From Candidatus Latescibacterota bacterium (lineage in GTDB: Bacteria; Latescibacterota; UBA2968; GCA-2709665): DNA of 64,000 nucleotides. The stretch covers positions 3,648,001-3,712,000 of the forward strand of contig CBDCOX010000002.1 of NCBI GenBank assembly GCA_965219995.1. Direction: 5' to 3'. Made by a program: the position numbers and the translations under genes. Each line of letters begins with the position of its first letter. The first letter of the stretch is position 1. Shown piece after piece: positions 30,631 to 40,251 of this stretch. The notes beneath the pieces were generated by a model. The model saw only the letters and a list, made by a program, of their open reading frames with translations, ran no database searches and was not told where the DNA came from.

Positions 30631-31380
30631 TTGCGACGGTGGAAAGTGAAGAATAGGCTGAAAAATTACACCATTGAGGTACGAGGAACCGCAGTGGACG
30701 TCGTGCACAAGGACGTCAAGAACCTGTACATAAGGGTCTACCCGCCGAACGGTCGTGTAAGGGTATCCGCGCCGCGTCGTTTCGATAAAGACGAAGTGCG
30801 AGTGGCCGTCACTTCCCGTCTTGAATGGATTCGTCTGCAGGAGGCGAAATTTCAGCGGCAATACCGCCAGTCCGAGCGGGAATTCATAACGGGCGAGAGC
30901 CATTTTTTCGTGGGCCGACGCTACCGGCTCGAGGTGACGGAATGGGACACCCCGCCTGAGGTCCGCCTCCTTAACAATACGACCATAGCGATGCGCGTTC
31001 GGCCGGGCGCAGACAGGCATAATAGGGAGGCCGTGCTGGATCGATGGTACCGCCAGCATCTCCGTGGTCGTCTACCGGGCCTCATCGCGAAGTGGGAGCC
31101 CGAAATGGGGGTGCGGGTCAACGAAGCGCGGATCAGAAAGATGAAGACCCGTTGGGGGACTTGCAATCCCCATGCCCGACGAATCTGGCTGAGTCTCGAG
31201 CTGGCAAAGAAACCGGCATCCTGCCTTGAGTACGTCGTTGTGCATGAGATGGTCCACCTGATCGAGCGCCGTCACAACGATCGTTTTTGGAAACTGATGG
31301 ACAGGTTCATGCCAACCTGGCGCTATCATCGCGATGAACTCAACCGTGCGCCTCTGACGCATTCAGACTGGCAGTATTGA
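30631..31380 (+). CDS. YgjP/SprT-like (DUF45) zinc metalloprotein
   Basis: MKTRWGTC, YVVVHEMVHL, HNDRFW; start uncertain. Confidence 0.9.
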   Translation: MRRWKVKNRLKNYTIEVRGTAVDVVHKDVKNLYIRVYPPNGRVRVSAPRRFDKDEVRVAVTSRLEWIRLQEAKFQRQYRQSEREFITGESHFFVGRRYRLEVTEWDTPPEVRLLNNTTIAMRVRPGADRHNREAVLDRWYRQHLRGRLPGLIAKWEPEMGVRVNEARIRKMKTRWGTCNPHARRIWLSLELAKKPASCLEYVVVHEMVHLIERRHNDRFWKLMDRFMPTWRYHRDELNRAPLTHSDWQY

Positions 31381-31453
31381 TCTGAAGCGATCGGGCTGGT
31401 CGATTCAGTGAGACTTTGATGGTCCGTTTCGACCGGTTTTCCGGTTCGCGGGC

Positions 31454-31481
31454 TTGTTAATATGTCCGTTTTATTTATAAT
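31454..31481 (+). promoter_or_regulatory. Candidate promoter upstream of the STAS gene
   Basis: TTGTTA-16 nt-TATAAT in an AT-rich patch. Confidence 0.55.
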
Positions 31482-31679
31482 AACTAATAGAGGTCCGAGA
31501 TCCGCATCCTGCTTCGGTTTAGCCGGGAAAACGGCCAGGATTCCTGTCTCAAGGGAGGGTCCGGATCGGCTTGGAGATTTCAAGGCGGCCGCGCATCCGG
31601 AACGAGTCCACTGACCCTGTCGGGGTCTCATTTGACATTCGCGAGATTGCAATGACGCCACTGGCGGAGGCGGGTCCGG

Positions 31680-32027
31680 ATGGACGTGGATGTCAAATGG
31701 GATCGGAAAGACGGAATCCTGATCGCGGTCCTGGCGGGTCGCATCGACGGAAGCAATGCGCAGGAAGTTCAGCGTCTCATCGAGTCGGGAATCGGCCCTG
31801 AAGACAACGCGTTGCTTCTGGACTTCGAACAGGTATCCTACATCAGCAGCGCGGGGCTTCGCCTTGGCGTCATCATTGCCTGGAAGTTCAAGGACCCCGG
31901 CAAGCAGTTCGGGATCTGCACACTTACGGGTGGGGTACGGAAGGTGATTACCATGAGCGGTTTCGATCAGATCATCGACATTTATGAGTCACAGAACGAG
32001 GCGATAGCAGCGTACGGAAGCAGTTGA
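31680..32027 (+). CDS. STAS-domain anti-sigma factor antagonist
   Basis: GRIDG, LDFEQVSYISSAGLR with the phospho-acceptor Ser position, SGFDQII. Confidence 0.92.
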   Translation: MDVDVKWDRKDGILIAVLAGRIDGSNAQEVQRLIESGIGPEDNALLLDFEQVSYISSAGLRLGVIIAWKFKDPGKQFGICTLTGGVRKVITMSGFDQIIDIYESQNEAIAAYGSS

Positions 32028-32093
32028 GTTGCGTCTTTAAGAGTTTCCATTCACCTCTGGAACGGACGACCTGCCAACCATATCGGAGCAGCC

Positions 32094-32378
32094 ATGATGA
32101 ACACTGACGACGAAAAAATCGGATCGATGAGAAGCGCGGTCGATATGGATATCATTGGCGATAACATATCGGATATCGCTGAATTTACGATTGAGAAGTA
32201 CGAATTCAAAAACGACAATACCCTCTCTTCCGAGGTGCGCAAAAATGCAGTCGCCACGATTGAGGAGGTCCTGTGGCAGCAGGTCGCGGAGTTGAACCTG
32301 TTGCGCAAGCAGTACCTGGCCGGGATGTTCAGCCTGGCAGAAGAGACGCTTGGTGACGTCGTCGATCAACGTCGATAA
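32094..32378 (+). CDS. Hypothetical small acidic helical protein
   Basis: 94-aa ORF with GGAG SD and a composition unlike the shadow ORFs; no motif recognised. Confidence 0.7.
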   Translation: MMNTDDEKIGSMRSAVDMDIIGDNISDIAEFTIEKYEFKNDNTLSSEVRKNAVATIEEVLWQQVAELNLLRKQYLAGMFSLAEETLGDVVDQRR

Positions 32379-32658
32379 GACACGTTTCCGAACTTGCGGA
32401 GCGTTCGCAAGCGGCAGTCAAGCATAGATGCATTCGCCCCGGGGACGTGGAATCCCGAGGTGGCGACACGCGGTCTTTGTATTCGAAGAAGCCCTTTTTT
32501 TATTCCGGATCAAGCGCGGAATGCGAACGTATGAGCGATCGCCGCGCCGGCGTCCATGGGATCTTAAAAGGGCTTCTTCAATTCTTGGAATGGACGCGAC
32601 AGGAACAGACGCAGACCTCTCCCTCCGGCCCCCCAAAAGCGGTGAGAGGGTAGAGGGG

Positions 32659-32770
32659 AGACGGTAGAGGATGTGATTGCCCTGTGCGGTTTCATATCTT
32701 GCCAGAGGCATTAGGGAGAAACCAATCGGGCAAGGGTTTCATCTACCGTCTTGCGTCTCACGTCTCACCG
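32659..32770. repeat. Dispersed copy of the atpG-atpD 100-bp element, closed by a 10-bp inverted repeat
   Basis: 32677-32770 matches 1619-1712 at 86 of 94 positions by manual alignment. AGACGGTAGA (32659-32668) pairs with TCTACCGTCT (32742-32751). Confidence 0.92.
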
Positions 32771-32954
32771 CTTTCAGGTTTTCATGCTACCGACTCACGT
32801 CTTCCCACTTTCTTCTACGGAAGCAGCGTAGAGTCGTAATGATCCCGAAGGACCCAATCGCCGGTTGATTTGTTCTCGATATTTCAATATTCTTGAGGTG
32901 CGAAAGCGAACATACCCTGGAAGTGCCCGAAGCGTGGACCGGAAAGGCCTCTGA

Positions 32955-34691
32955 ATGGCAGACCGATCAAGCGACAGAATCCGATACGAACCGGACGAAC
33001 CTTGCCGTTTCCTCGAGGCGATTGGCGTCGGGATACAGGGTATCATCATCGGGCTGGCGCCGACGGTCCTGATCGTGGCCGTCACTGCCGTCGCCGCAGG
33101 TCAGGACGATCGTTACCTTTCGTGGGCCGTCTTCGCGGCGCTCATTATCAGCGGGTTGGCCACCGTGCTGCAGGCGGCGAGGATCGGGCGGCTCGGCGGC
33201 GGTCACATGCTGATCATGGGCGCATCGCCCAACTTCATTGCGGTCTCGGTCCTGGCCATCGAAGCGGGCGGAGCGGCCATGCTCGCAAGCCTCATCGTCC
33301 TTTCGTCACTCTTCTACCTCGGTGTCGCGGCGTGGCTTCCGCAACTGCGGCGTATCATTACGCCAGTCGTTTCCGGCACGGTACTGATGCTGATTGCCGC
33401 GATGATCCTTCCCATCGCGTTCGACCGGCTGAAAGAAGTACCCGAGGGGGCATCGGCGGCCGCCGGTCCGACCGTGGCGGCCGTGACCCTGGCTGTATCC
33501 ACGGTATTGATGTTGCGGGGTTCCGCAGCCTGGCGGCCCTGGTCGCTGTTAATTGGAATCGCGGCGGGCTGCGTCTCCGCTGCTCCGTTCGGGCTTTACG
33601 AATTCGATCGGCTGACCGCGGCGTCGTGGGTGGGGGTTCCCCACAGCGGGTTTCCCGGATTGGATCTGACACCGACCGAAGGCTTCTGGGCGCTTCTGGC
33701 GATGTTTCTTATCGTCACCCTCGTACAGGCGATCAAGGGTATCGGCGACGGGATGGTCGTTCAACAGGTATCGCGCCGCCGGATCCGGGCGACGGATTTT
33801 CGGCTGATCCAGGGCTCAACCTATGCCAATGCGGTTGGCATTCTGCTTTCGGGCATTGCCGGGACACCGCCCACGACCTCCTATTCGTCATCCACCGTGT
33901 CGCTGATCAACCTTACCGGAGTTGCCGCGCGGGGCGCCGGATACGCCGTGGGATGCCTTCTCGTTGTGCTGGCGTTCTTTCCCAGGGTAACGGGTCTCCT
34001 GCTGGTGATTCCCAGCCCGGTCATGGGGGGGTTCCTGCTGGTTGCCATTGGCATGCTCTTCGTGGAGGGGATCCAGACCCTCTCGCGGGCGGGCCTCGAC
34101 GCCCGGAAGGCCATCGTGGTCGGCCTGGCGTTCTCCATCGGACTCGGGATGCAAGGCAACAACATCCTCGAGGACCTGTTGGGCAGACCCTGGGGCGTGC
34201 TGCTCGGCAACGGGATAACGGTCGGCACCGCCGCGGCGATCGCTTTGACCGTGTTCCTTGAACTGACCGGTCCGCGTCGCCGGCGCCTGGAAGCCCGGCT
34301 GGATATTTCGGATCTTCCCCGTATCGACGCGTTTCTGAGAGAGGTTGCGGACGGGATGGGATGGGACGCTGCCACGACCGGGCGGTTACGCTCCGCGGGC
34401 GAGGAGACCCTGGCGAGTCTTCTGGAGCCGGACAACCCGTATCCTGAGGAGGATGAGGCGCCGCGCCTGATTGTTGTCGCGCGGACGGAGGGAGAGGCCG
34501 TAGAAATGGAATTCGTAGCGGTCTTCGACGAAGAGAACCTGGGGGATCGTCTCGCGTATCTCGACGAACAGACGCAAACCCTGGACGAAAACGAGTTATC
34601 GTTCCGGATGTTACGGCATTACGCTTCTTCGGTCCGGCACCAGAAATACCACGGCATGGATATCGTGACCGTGCGAGTGGCACCCGCGTGA
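32955..34691 (+). CDS. NCS2 (xanthine/uracil permease)-fold transporter with C-terminal RsbW/HATPase-like domain
   Basis: SGLATVLQ, ITPVVSGTV, IPSPVMGG and many TM helices, then a soluble tail of about 140 aa. Confidence 0.85.
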   Translation: MADRSSDRIRYEPDEPCRFLEAIGVGIQGIIIGLAPTVLIVAVTAVAAGQDDRYLSWAVFAALIISGLATVLQAARIGRLGGGHMLIMGASPNFIAVSVLAIEAGGAAMLASLIVLSSLFYLGVAAWLPQLRRIITPVVSGTVLMLIAAMILPIAFDRLKEVPEGASAAAGPTVAAVTLAVSTVLMLRGSAAWRPWSLLIGIAAGCVSAAPFGLYEFDRLTAASWVGVPHSGFPGLDLTPTEGFWALLAMFLIVTLVQAIKGIGDGMVVQQVSRRRIRATDFRLIQGSTYANAVGILLSGIAGTPPTTSYSSSTVSLINLTGVAARGAGYAVGCLLVVLAFFPRVTGLLLVIPSPVMGGFLLVAIGMLFVEGIQTLSRAGLDARKAIVVGLAFSIGLGMQGNNILEDLLGRPWGVLLGNGITVGTAAAIALTVFLELTGPRRRRLEARLDISDLPRIDAFLREVADGMGWDAATTGRLRSAGEETLASLLEPDNPYPEEDEAPRLIVVARTEGEAVEMEFVAVFDEENLGDRLAYLDEQTQTLDENELSFRMLRHYASSVRHQKYHGMDIVTVRVAPA

Positions 34692-34714
34692 ATGAGTAAA
34701 ACGACCGAACCCCG

Positions 34715-35611
34715 TTACGAGTCGAGGTGCGCCCGGTATTCCTCCAGCAGCGCGGCGGCTCCCGCCCGGATGAACCCCAATTCCGACGTGGCTTCGAAGA
34801 AGGCGGCTCCCTTTCGGGCCCACTCGCCGGCGGCGCAGCCGCTCCAGGGCATGGTGCCGAAGGCCACGCCGTTCTCTTTGCAGAGTTCCAGAACCGTTTC
34901 CATCGGACCAAGCACCTCGGGGTGATCGAAGTCACCGGGATGACCGAACTCGATGGAAGTGTCTCCCGGCCCCACGAAGCACATGTCGACCCCCGGAAGG
35001 CTCAGAATCTCCTCTGAGTTACGATACCCTCGCACCGTTTCCAGATGCACCACCAGCGCGGTCTCCCGGTCCTGCTCGTCCATCCATCCCCGCCAGTCCG
35101 TTACCTCCCTGTAGTCGCTGTTGCCCCATCCCGGCGCCACGGCCCGGGTTCCCGCCGGGGGAAATTTAAGGTAGCTCAGCAGCCGCTGGACCTCCTCGCG
35201 CGTCTCGGTTCTCGGAAGCTGGATTCCCACCACGCCCGCTTCCAGCAGTTTCGAGACCTCCTGGCGTTCCAGTTGGGGCGTCTTTGCGATGACGGGCAGT
35301 CCGTTGTCCCGGGCAGCGAGAATGGTGTCGGCCAGGTCCTGCAGGTCGAAGAGGCTGTGTTCGTACTCGATGTAGACGAAGTCGAACCCGGCGTGCCGGA
35401 ACAACTTGACGAGGGACGGATGGGCATACGCTTCAATCGTCGCGCCGATCAACAGGTCCCCGCGTTTCATCCGGGCCTTGAGGTGGCGCCCCGGCCCACC
35501 ATCGGGGTACCAGGGATTGTCGACTCCCTTGCTGGTCGTGGAGAGTTGTGGCATAGGGGCTCCCGGTTTCGGTTCGCGGTCGAACGAATCGGACCCGGAG
35601 TGCGACGTCAT
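34715..35611 (-). CDS. HpcH/HpaI aldolase family protein
   Basis: AGFDFVYIEYEH, LEAGVVGIQLP, LETVRG, FVGPGD; start uncertain (35611 or 35554). Confidence 0.9.
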   Translation of the reverse strand: MTSHSGSDSFDREPKPGAPMPQLSTTSKGVDNPWYPDGGPGRHLKARMKRGDLLIGATIEAYAHPSLVKLFRHAGFDFVYIEYEHSLFDLQDLADTILAARDNGLPVIAKTPQLERQEVSKLLEAGVVGIQLPRTETREEVQRLLSYLKFPPAGTRAVAPGWGNSDYREVTDWRGWMDEQDRETALVVHLETVRGYRNSEEILSLPGVDMCFVGPGDTSIEFGHPGDFDHPEVLGPMETVLELCKENGVAFGTMPWSGCAAGEWARKGAAFFEATSELGFIRAGAAALLEEYRAHLDS

Positions 35612-35660
35612 TCCTGTCAGACGGGTTTCCCGCCGCACCCGCGGTGACCGCACGGTCCAG

Positions 35661-36365
35661 TCAGATGGGGATCCTGGAGATCGAAATGTAGCCATTGAAA
35701 CAGGCGTCAACGTCGCTTCCGGGTTGTCGAGGACGCTCCTGATAGACGCCGGTATAGCGATAATCGCTGCCGCTTCGCTTGAACGTGATCGCCCGCGGGC
35801 TCCTGTCGACGGGAGTCAGTCGGGTTTCAAGACCCACCCTGTCGTGTTCCGGGTGGGGCAGATTCACGTTGAAAAAACACCCCGCTTCAAGTGTCTCGCT
35901 CAGTACCCTGTCCAGAACGAGTTGGAGCCGGTCTGCTGCAAGCGGCCAGTCTATGGACCGGCCTTTCGCTCTATATTGTGACAGGGCGATGGCCTTGCGT
36001 CCGAGAATCGCCGCCTCGCGGGCAGCGGCTACGGTCCCTGAATCGTAGACATCCACGCCAAGATTGCTGCCGTTGTTGATTCCGGAGAGCACCCGGTCGC
36101 CGTCGGGCGCCAGTTGGCTCAGGGCCAGGCGCACACAGTCGGCGGGCGTACCCCAGACCCTGAACCGGTTCTCAGTCTGGCGATCCACACGGATGGGTCC
36201 TTCGGTCGTCAATCTGTGTCCGACACCCGACTGCGGCTCCGCGGGCGCAACGACGACGACCTCACCCCACCGCGACGCCAGTCCAACCAGCGTTTCCAGA
36301 CCCTCCGCTTCAATGCCGTCGTCGTTCGTAACGATCAGTTTCACCAGGTTCTCTCGATCAGGCAC
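35661..36365 (-). CDS. surE: 5'/3'-nucleotidase SurE
   Basis: TNDDG, GTPADCV, SGINNGSN, SGTVAAA. Confidence 0.93.
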   Translation of the reverse strand: MPDRENLVKLIVTNDDGIEAEGLETLVGLASRWGEVVVVAPAEPQSGVGHRLTTEGPIRVDRQTENRFRVWGTPADCVRLALSQLAPDGDRVLSGINNGSNLGVDVYDSGTVAAAREAAILGRKAIALSQYRAKGRSIDWPLAADRLQLVLDRVLSETLEAGCFFNVNLPHPEHDRVGLETRLTPVDRSPRAITFKRSGSDYRYTGVYQERPRQPGSDVDACFNGYISISRIPI

Positions 36366-36986
36366 TCATTGCGTCGTCGCCCCCGGCCCCGGAGCAACGT
36401 CCGGGTCCACCCGTCGCAGAGGTTTCTTCAACAGGCGGCCCCAGTATCTGTCATACGGATGGACGACCCGCACCCGTGCCGTCCCCCGGTAGACCGGCCG
36501 GCCCTCGTTTGCCCATCTGAAAATCGATCCTTCCAGATTGTAGATATTCTCAACTCCCTTCTCCATCAGAAATCCGGCAAGTTCGGACGAGCGGTACCCC
36601 ACCGAACAGTACAGCACGATCCGCCGGTTCCGGGGTGTGTCCTGAAGCACCTTCAATGCCTCGTCCTTCGAGCGGGCCGGACGGGCGCCGCGCAGGTGGC
36701 TGACCGCGAATTCATCCGGTTCCCGTACGTCCAACAGCATGAGATCTTCGCGCTTCGGCGATCCGTCGAGCCACGACTGCAGGGTATCGGTAGAGATATG
36801 GTCCACCTCGGGAAAACCGGCGCGGATCTTTTCCAGCGTTTCGGACCAGTGCGTGGCCGTATCGTCGGCTTCGACCTGCGCATCGACGCCGGGCGGCGCC
36901 AGGGCCGTAGCGCCGGTACAAATCGCAAGGTACAGTACGAGCGGAAGCGCCATCCGGAATCGAAGAAGGTCGGGTCGATTGCTCAC
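36366..36986 (-). CDS. Exported rhodanese-like domain protein
   Basis: Signal-peptide-like N-terminus, LLDVRE, YCSVGYRS active-site loop, LEGSIFRW. Confidence 0.88.
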   Translation of the reverse strand: MSNRPDLLRFRMALPLVLYLAICTGATALAPPGVDAQVEADDTATHWSETLEKIRAGFPEVDHISTDTLQSWLDGSPKREDLMLLDVREPDEFAVSHLRGARPARSKDEALKVLQDTPRNRRIVLYCSVGYRSSELAGFLMEKGVENIYNLEGSIFRWANEGRPVYRGTARVRVVHPYDRYWGRLLKKPLRRVDPDVAPGPGATTQ

Positions 36987-37182
36987 TACCGGGAGTCCCC
37001 ACTGATCGCGTCAGGTTCCGCGCGCGCTGGCTGCATACGACCAGCAGTTGACAGATGACGGTTTTTGCGACGTGCGGGAAGGGCAACGGGCGTAATTCGG
37101 CGGTGCCCTCTTCTTTCGCCGGGAGGCGAAACGAAAAACCGGACAGGCGCGGAGCACGCCCGGCCTCGCGGTGGCGCGGGGG

Positions 37183-38112
37183 TCAGATCAGGGAATGGCT
37201 TTCGAGAAACTCACGCATCGCGGAGACACATTCCTCTGGCTGTTCCAGTTGGAGAAGGTGGGTTGTATCAGGCAGGAAATCGTAGTCAACCGTGAGAATA
37301 TGACTGAAATCCAGCGTTGGCAGATATGAGTAGGGCAGGGTAGGATCGGCGCCGATGACTTTTAGGGGACATAGAAATCTGTCGAAGTCGACCAAAACCG
37401 CAAACGTGCGGGCATAGTCTACGATTCGGGCTTCGAATTCACGCGGGCACCGGAGTACATAACCCTGCCCGTCCTCGCATTTGCGCAACGTTGTCCTTGC
37501 CACAAGTTCCAGAACCCCCGGCACGGCGCGCTGGTAGACCGGCAGGAATCTAAGGAGATCCGCAAACTGATGCCTGGAACTGAACCTGGGCGTCCGGCGC
37601 CGGGTCATCGCGGCCGTGCGCGTGACCGCGGCGTCGAATTCTTCGTAATCGTCATCCGGCTTGCAAAGAGGCGGATCGAACAGGACGCAAGCCGAGAACT
37701 CGCTGCCGAACGACGGTGACAAGAGCGAAATCAGTCCGGATACCGAATGAAATACGCCGATTTTCGGTTTTGAACCGTAGTGACGGTCGATCGCATCCAG
37801 AATCCGGTCATGATCCTGAACCAATGTTGGAATACTATGCTTCTGCAGATCGCCGACCCTGTTCCAACCATGGTTTCTGAGGTCGTAAACGAACAGGTCG
37901 AATTCGTCGATCAGGAGCGTCCAGAACGGATAATAGAGATCGATCGCCAGACCGTTGCCGTGGCTGAGCACAAGCCGCGGTCCATCCGGATTTCCGTGAC
38001 GGCGCAATACGGTGACGGTATCATCGTCGATCCAAACTTCGCGAATCGAAAGCGGCTCCGGTATTTCCCATACGGATTCTGGAGTTGTAGACAAGTCCTC
38101 GCTCTTTCTCAC
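37183..38112 (-). CDS. Alpha/beta hydrolase (PKS-associated)
   Basis: SHGNG oxyanion region, DLRNHG, FHSVSG nucleophile elbow, C-terminal THLLQLEQP His. Confidence 0.87.
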   Translation of the reverse strand: MRKSEDLSTTPESVWEIPEPLSIREVWIDDDTVTVLRRHGNPDGPRLVLSHGNGLAIDLYYPFWTLLIDEFDLFVYDLRNHGWNRVGDLQKHSIPTLVQDHDRILDAIDRHYGSKPKIGVFHSVSGLISLLSPSFGSEFSACVLFDPPLCKPDDDYEEFDAAVTRTAAMTRRRTPRFSSRHQFADLLRFLPVYQRAVPGVLELVARTTLRKCEDGQGYVLRCPREFEARIVDYARTFAVLVDFDRFLCPLKVIGADPTLPYSYLPTLDFSHILTVDYDFLPDTTHLLQLEQPEECVSAMREFLESHSLI

Positions 38113-38231
38113 GAGTCATCGTCGAACCGCCGACGTATTCGCCCGTTGAGCAAGCAGCGAATCTCAGGGAACCGGATGGCCTTGAAAGAAAGCGGTGTCT
38201 GCAATCAACGATCGCCGACCGCACCGCGTCT

Positions 38232-38477
38232 TCAGCCGGACTGGGAATCGACGTGCTCGATAAGGGCCTGGACGGTGTTCACGTTCGCACAGTCTTCGGG
38301 CGTAAACGAAACATTGAACTCGCGCGCGACGACTCGTCCGAAAGAAACGAGGTCGAGAGAGGACACGCCGAGATCGAGGAGGCTGACATTCAGGTTCTCC
38401 TCAAGCGCGATTGCCTGCCCGTCCACTTCGAGGTTGTCCGCGACAAGCTGTCTGATACGTTCTTCGGTAGACGCCAT
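38232..38477 (-). CDS. Stand-alone acyl carrier protein
   Basis: 81 aa, acidic, DLGVSSLDLV phosphopantetheine-site variant. Confidence 0.9.
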   Translation of the reverse strand: MASTEERIRQLVADNLEVDGQAIALEENLNVSLLDLGVSSLDLVSFGRVVAREFNVSFTPEDCANVNTVQALIEHVDSQSG

Positions 38478-38521
38478 GGATACGATCCTTTCACTGAGGT
38501 GGATATTTTCGACGGAACGAA

Positions 38522-38550
38522 AATATAGAAATGGTCGTGCGTTATGTCAA
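38522..38550 (-). promoter_or_regulatory. Sigma70-type promoter of the ACP-hydrolase unit
   Basis: Minus strand TTGACA-17 nt-TATATT, 45 bp upstream of the ACP start. Confidence 0.75.
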
Positions 38551-38671
38551 ACCGTTTTTCTCCGGGCGGAATGAAGCGAAAAAAGGGAGTTTTGTATGGC
38601 GGCTAATTTGCTATATTGATCGCTCAAGTCACTCAACACGCGGAACGGCACCCCTTCAAGAGGTACACGCC

Positions 38672-39424
38672 ATGCCCCATCTCTCTGCCGCAGACAGAGG
38701 CTTCTTCAAAGAAAACGGCTGTCTCATGATTCGCGGCGTCCTAACGTCCGCTCAGACACGTGCCGCACAGGATGCACTGTGGAGTGGTATCGATGCGGAC
38801 CGCGCCGATCCGGCAACCTGGATCGACGCAGGTCCCCGTACTCCGGTGGCGGCTCACCATCCGGCCATCCGCGCCACGGTCCACGAGTCGCCCCTGTTCG
38901 AGATGATGGAAGAATTGGTCGGCAAGGGTCGACTCAATCCCGGCAATGCGGGTCCTGCGCTGGTCTACCCGTCCGGAGACAGGACATGGTCTCTGCCTGA
39001 ACGCGGACATCTGGACGGGTACTACACCCCTACCAACGGCGTGCCTGAAGGGACGGTCGGAAGTACGACCATCAACCTCACAATTTACGTGGACGACGTC
39101 GGATCCCGGGGCGGCTGCTTCACCTACTGGCCAGGCAGCCACCATGTGTCATACCAATACTTCAGAACGCATTCGCTGTTGTCGGTACGAGGCGGCAGCT
39201 CCAGCGACGTCTATCCTGAGGGAACGTTTCCGGAAGGACGTGAATTTACAGGCAAGGCCGGTGACGCCATCCTGTGGCACGCTCAACTCTTCCATACGGG
39301 ATCCAAAAACGTGAACCGCAATATCCGGATGGCGCTGATCGGCCGTTTTGCGCGCAAGGACGCAAACGATATTCGCTTTGAGACCTGCGATGACCAATGG
39401 GCTCACTGGGAAGGGATCAACTGA
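38672..39424 (+). CDS. Phytanoyl-CoA dioxygenase (PhyH) family Fe/2OG enzyme
   Basis: FFKENG, HLD, WPGSH, GDAILWH...FH, downstream Arg. Confidence 0.88.
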   Translation: MPHLSAADRGFFKENGCLMIRGVLTSAQTRAAQDALWSGIDADRADPATWIDAGPRTPVAAHHPAIRATVHESPLFEMMEELVGKGRLNPGNAGPALVYPSGDRTWSLPERGHLDGYYTPTNGVPEGTVGSTTINLTIYVDDVGSRGGCFTYWPGSHHVSYQYFRTHSLLSVRGGSSSDVYPEGTFPEGREFTGKAGDAILWHAQLFHTGSKNVNRNIRMALIGRFARKDANDIRFETCDDQWAHWEGIN

Positions 39425-40191
39425 TGCAACTCGTCTTCAGCCCGACGATCTGTCCGGATCTGCGTCTGCCCCAGGTTCTGGATCTTGCCCGAACGGCAGG
39501 TTTCTCCAGCGTGGAACTCTTCCGCGCGTACACGGAGAGCACACCCGTCCATCCGGACTGGTCCGTGCCCATGGTCCGCTCTGCCGTCACGGACGCGGGA
39601 ATGCAGCTTGCCGGCCTCAATATCCGCAACCTTACCGGCAGGAAGGCCGACTCCGACGAGCGCAACCTCGCTTACAACCTGCGCCAGCTCGAATGGGACA
39701 TCCACCTGGGGCGCGCACTCGGTACGTGTACGCTGAATACGAGCGGAGGGGACCGCACATCAGAAGCGCTCGATGACCTTATCGAAGGCGTTAACACGCT
39801 TCTGCGAAACATCCCCGGTATTGTCCTTAACCTGGGCAATAAAACGGGCAACCGCCTCCAGGGTCCGGCTGACTTTCAGGCGGTCCTGCCCGACTTGCCG
39901 GAACGGGCGCGCGTTCTCGTGGACACCGGCCACCTGCTCTCGGCGGGTGAACCGATCATGCCGTTTGCCGAAGCGTTTGCCGGGCGAATCGGTCACGTCC
40001 ATCTGCGGGACCAGCAGGGCGGGAAGCCCGTGCCGTTCGGCGAAGGAGATCTGCCGTTTGCTGAACTGCTGAATCTGTTATCCGACAGCGACTATAATGG
40101 ACCGCTCGTGATTGAACTCGAGGGCGTCGATTGGGATGAGCCATTGCAGGCCGTCGTTTCCGCCCGCCGATACGTCGAAGCCATGCTCTGA
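39424..40191 (+). CDS. Sugar phosphate isomerase/epimerase (xylose isomerase-like TIM barrel)
   Basis: TGATG coupling to PhyH; DTGH, HVHLRD, GEGDLP, IELE. Confidence 0.88.
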   Translation: MQLVFSPTICPDLRLPQVLDLARTAGFSSVELFRAYTESTPVHPDWSVPMVRSAVTDAGMQLAGLNIRNLTGRKADSDERNLAYNLRQLEWDIHLGRALGTCTLNTSGGDRTSEALDDLIEGVNTLLRNIPGIVLNLGNKTGNRLQGPADFQAVLPDLPERARVLVDTGHLLSAGEPIMPFAEAFAGRIGHVHLRDQQGGKPVPFGEGDLPFAELLNLLSDSDYNGPLVIELEGVDWDEPLQAVVSARRYVEAML

Positions 40192-40251
40192 GTCGGCTCG
40201 CCGCGCAGTCCGTCTGTCGTACTCCATCGTCCCGCGGCCGCCGGACCCACG

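Noticed and set aside
30631-31380. YgjP-like gene as a marker of a type I restriction-modification locus
   Set aside because: No hsd or other defence genes are adjacent.
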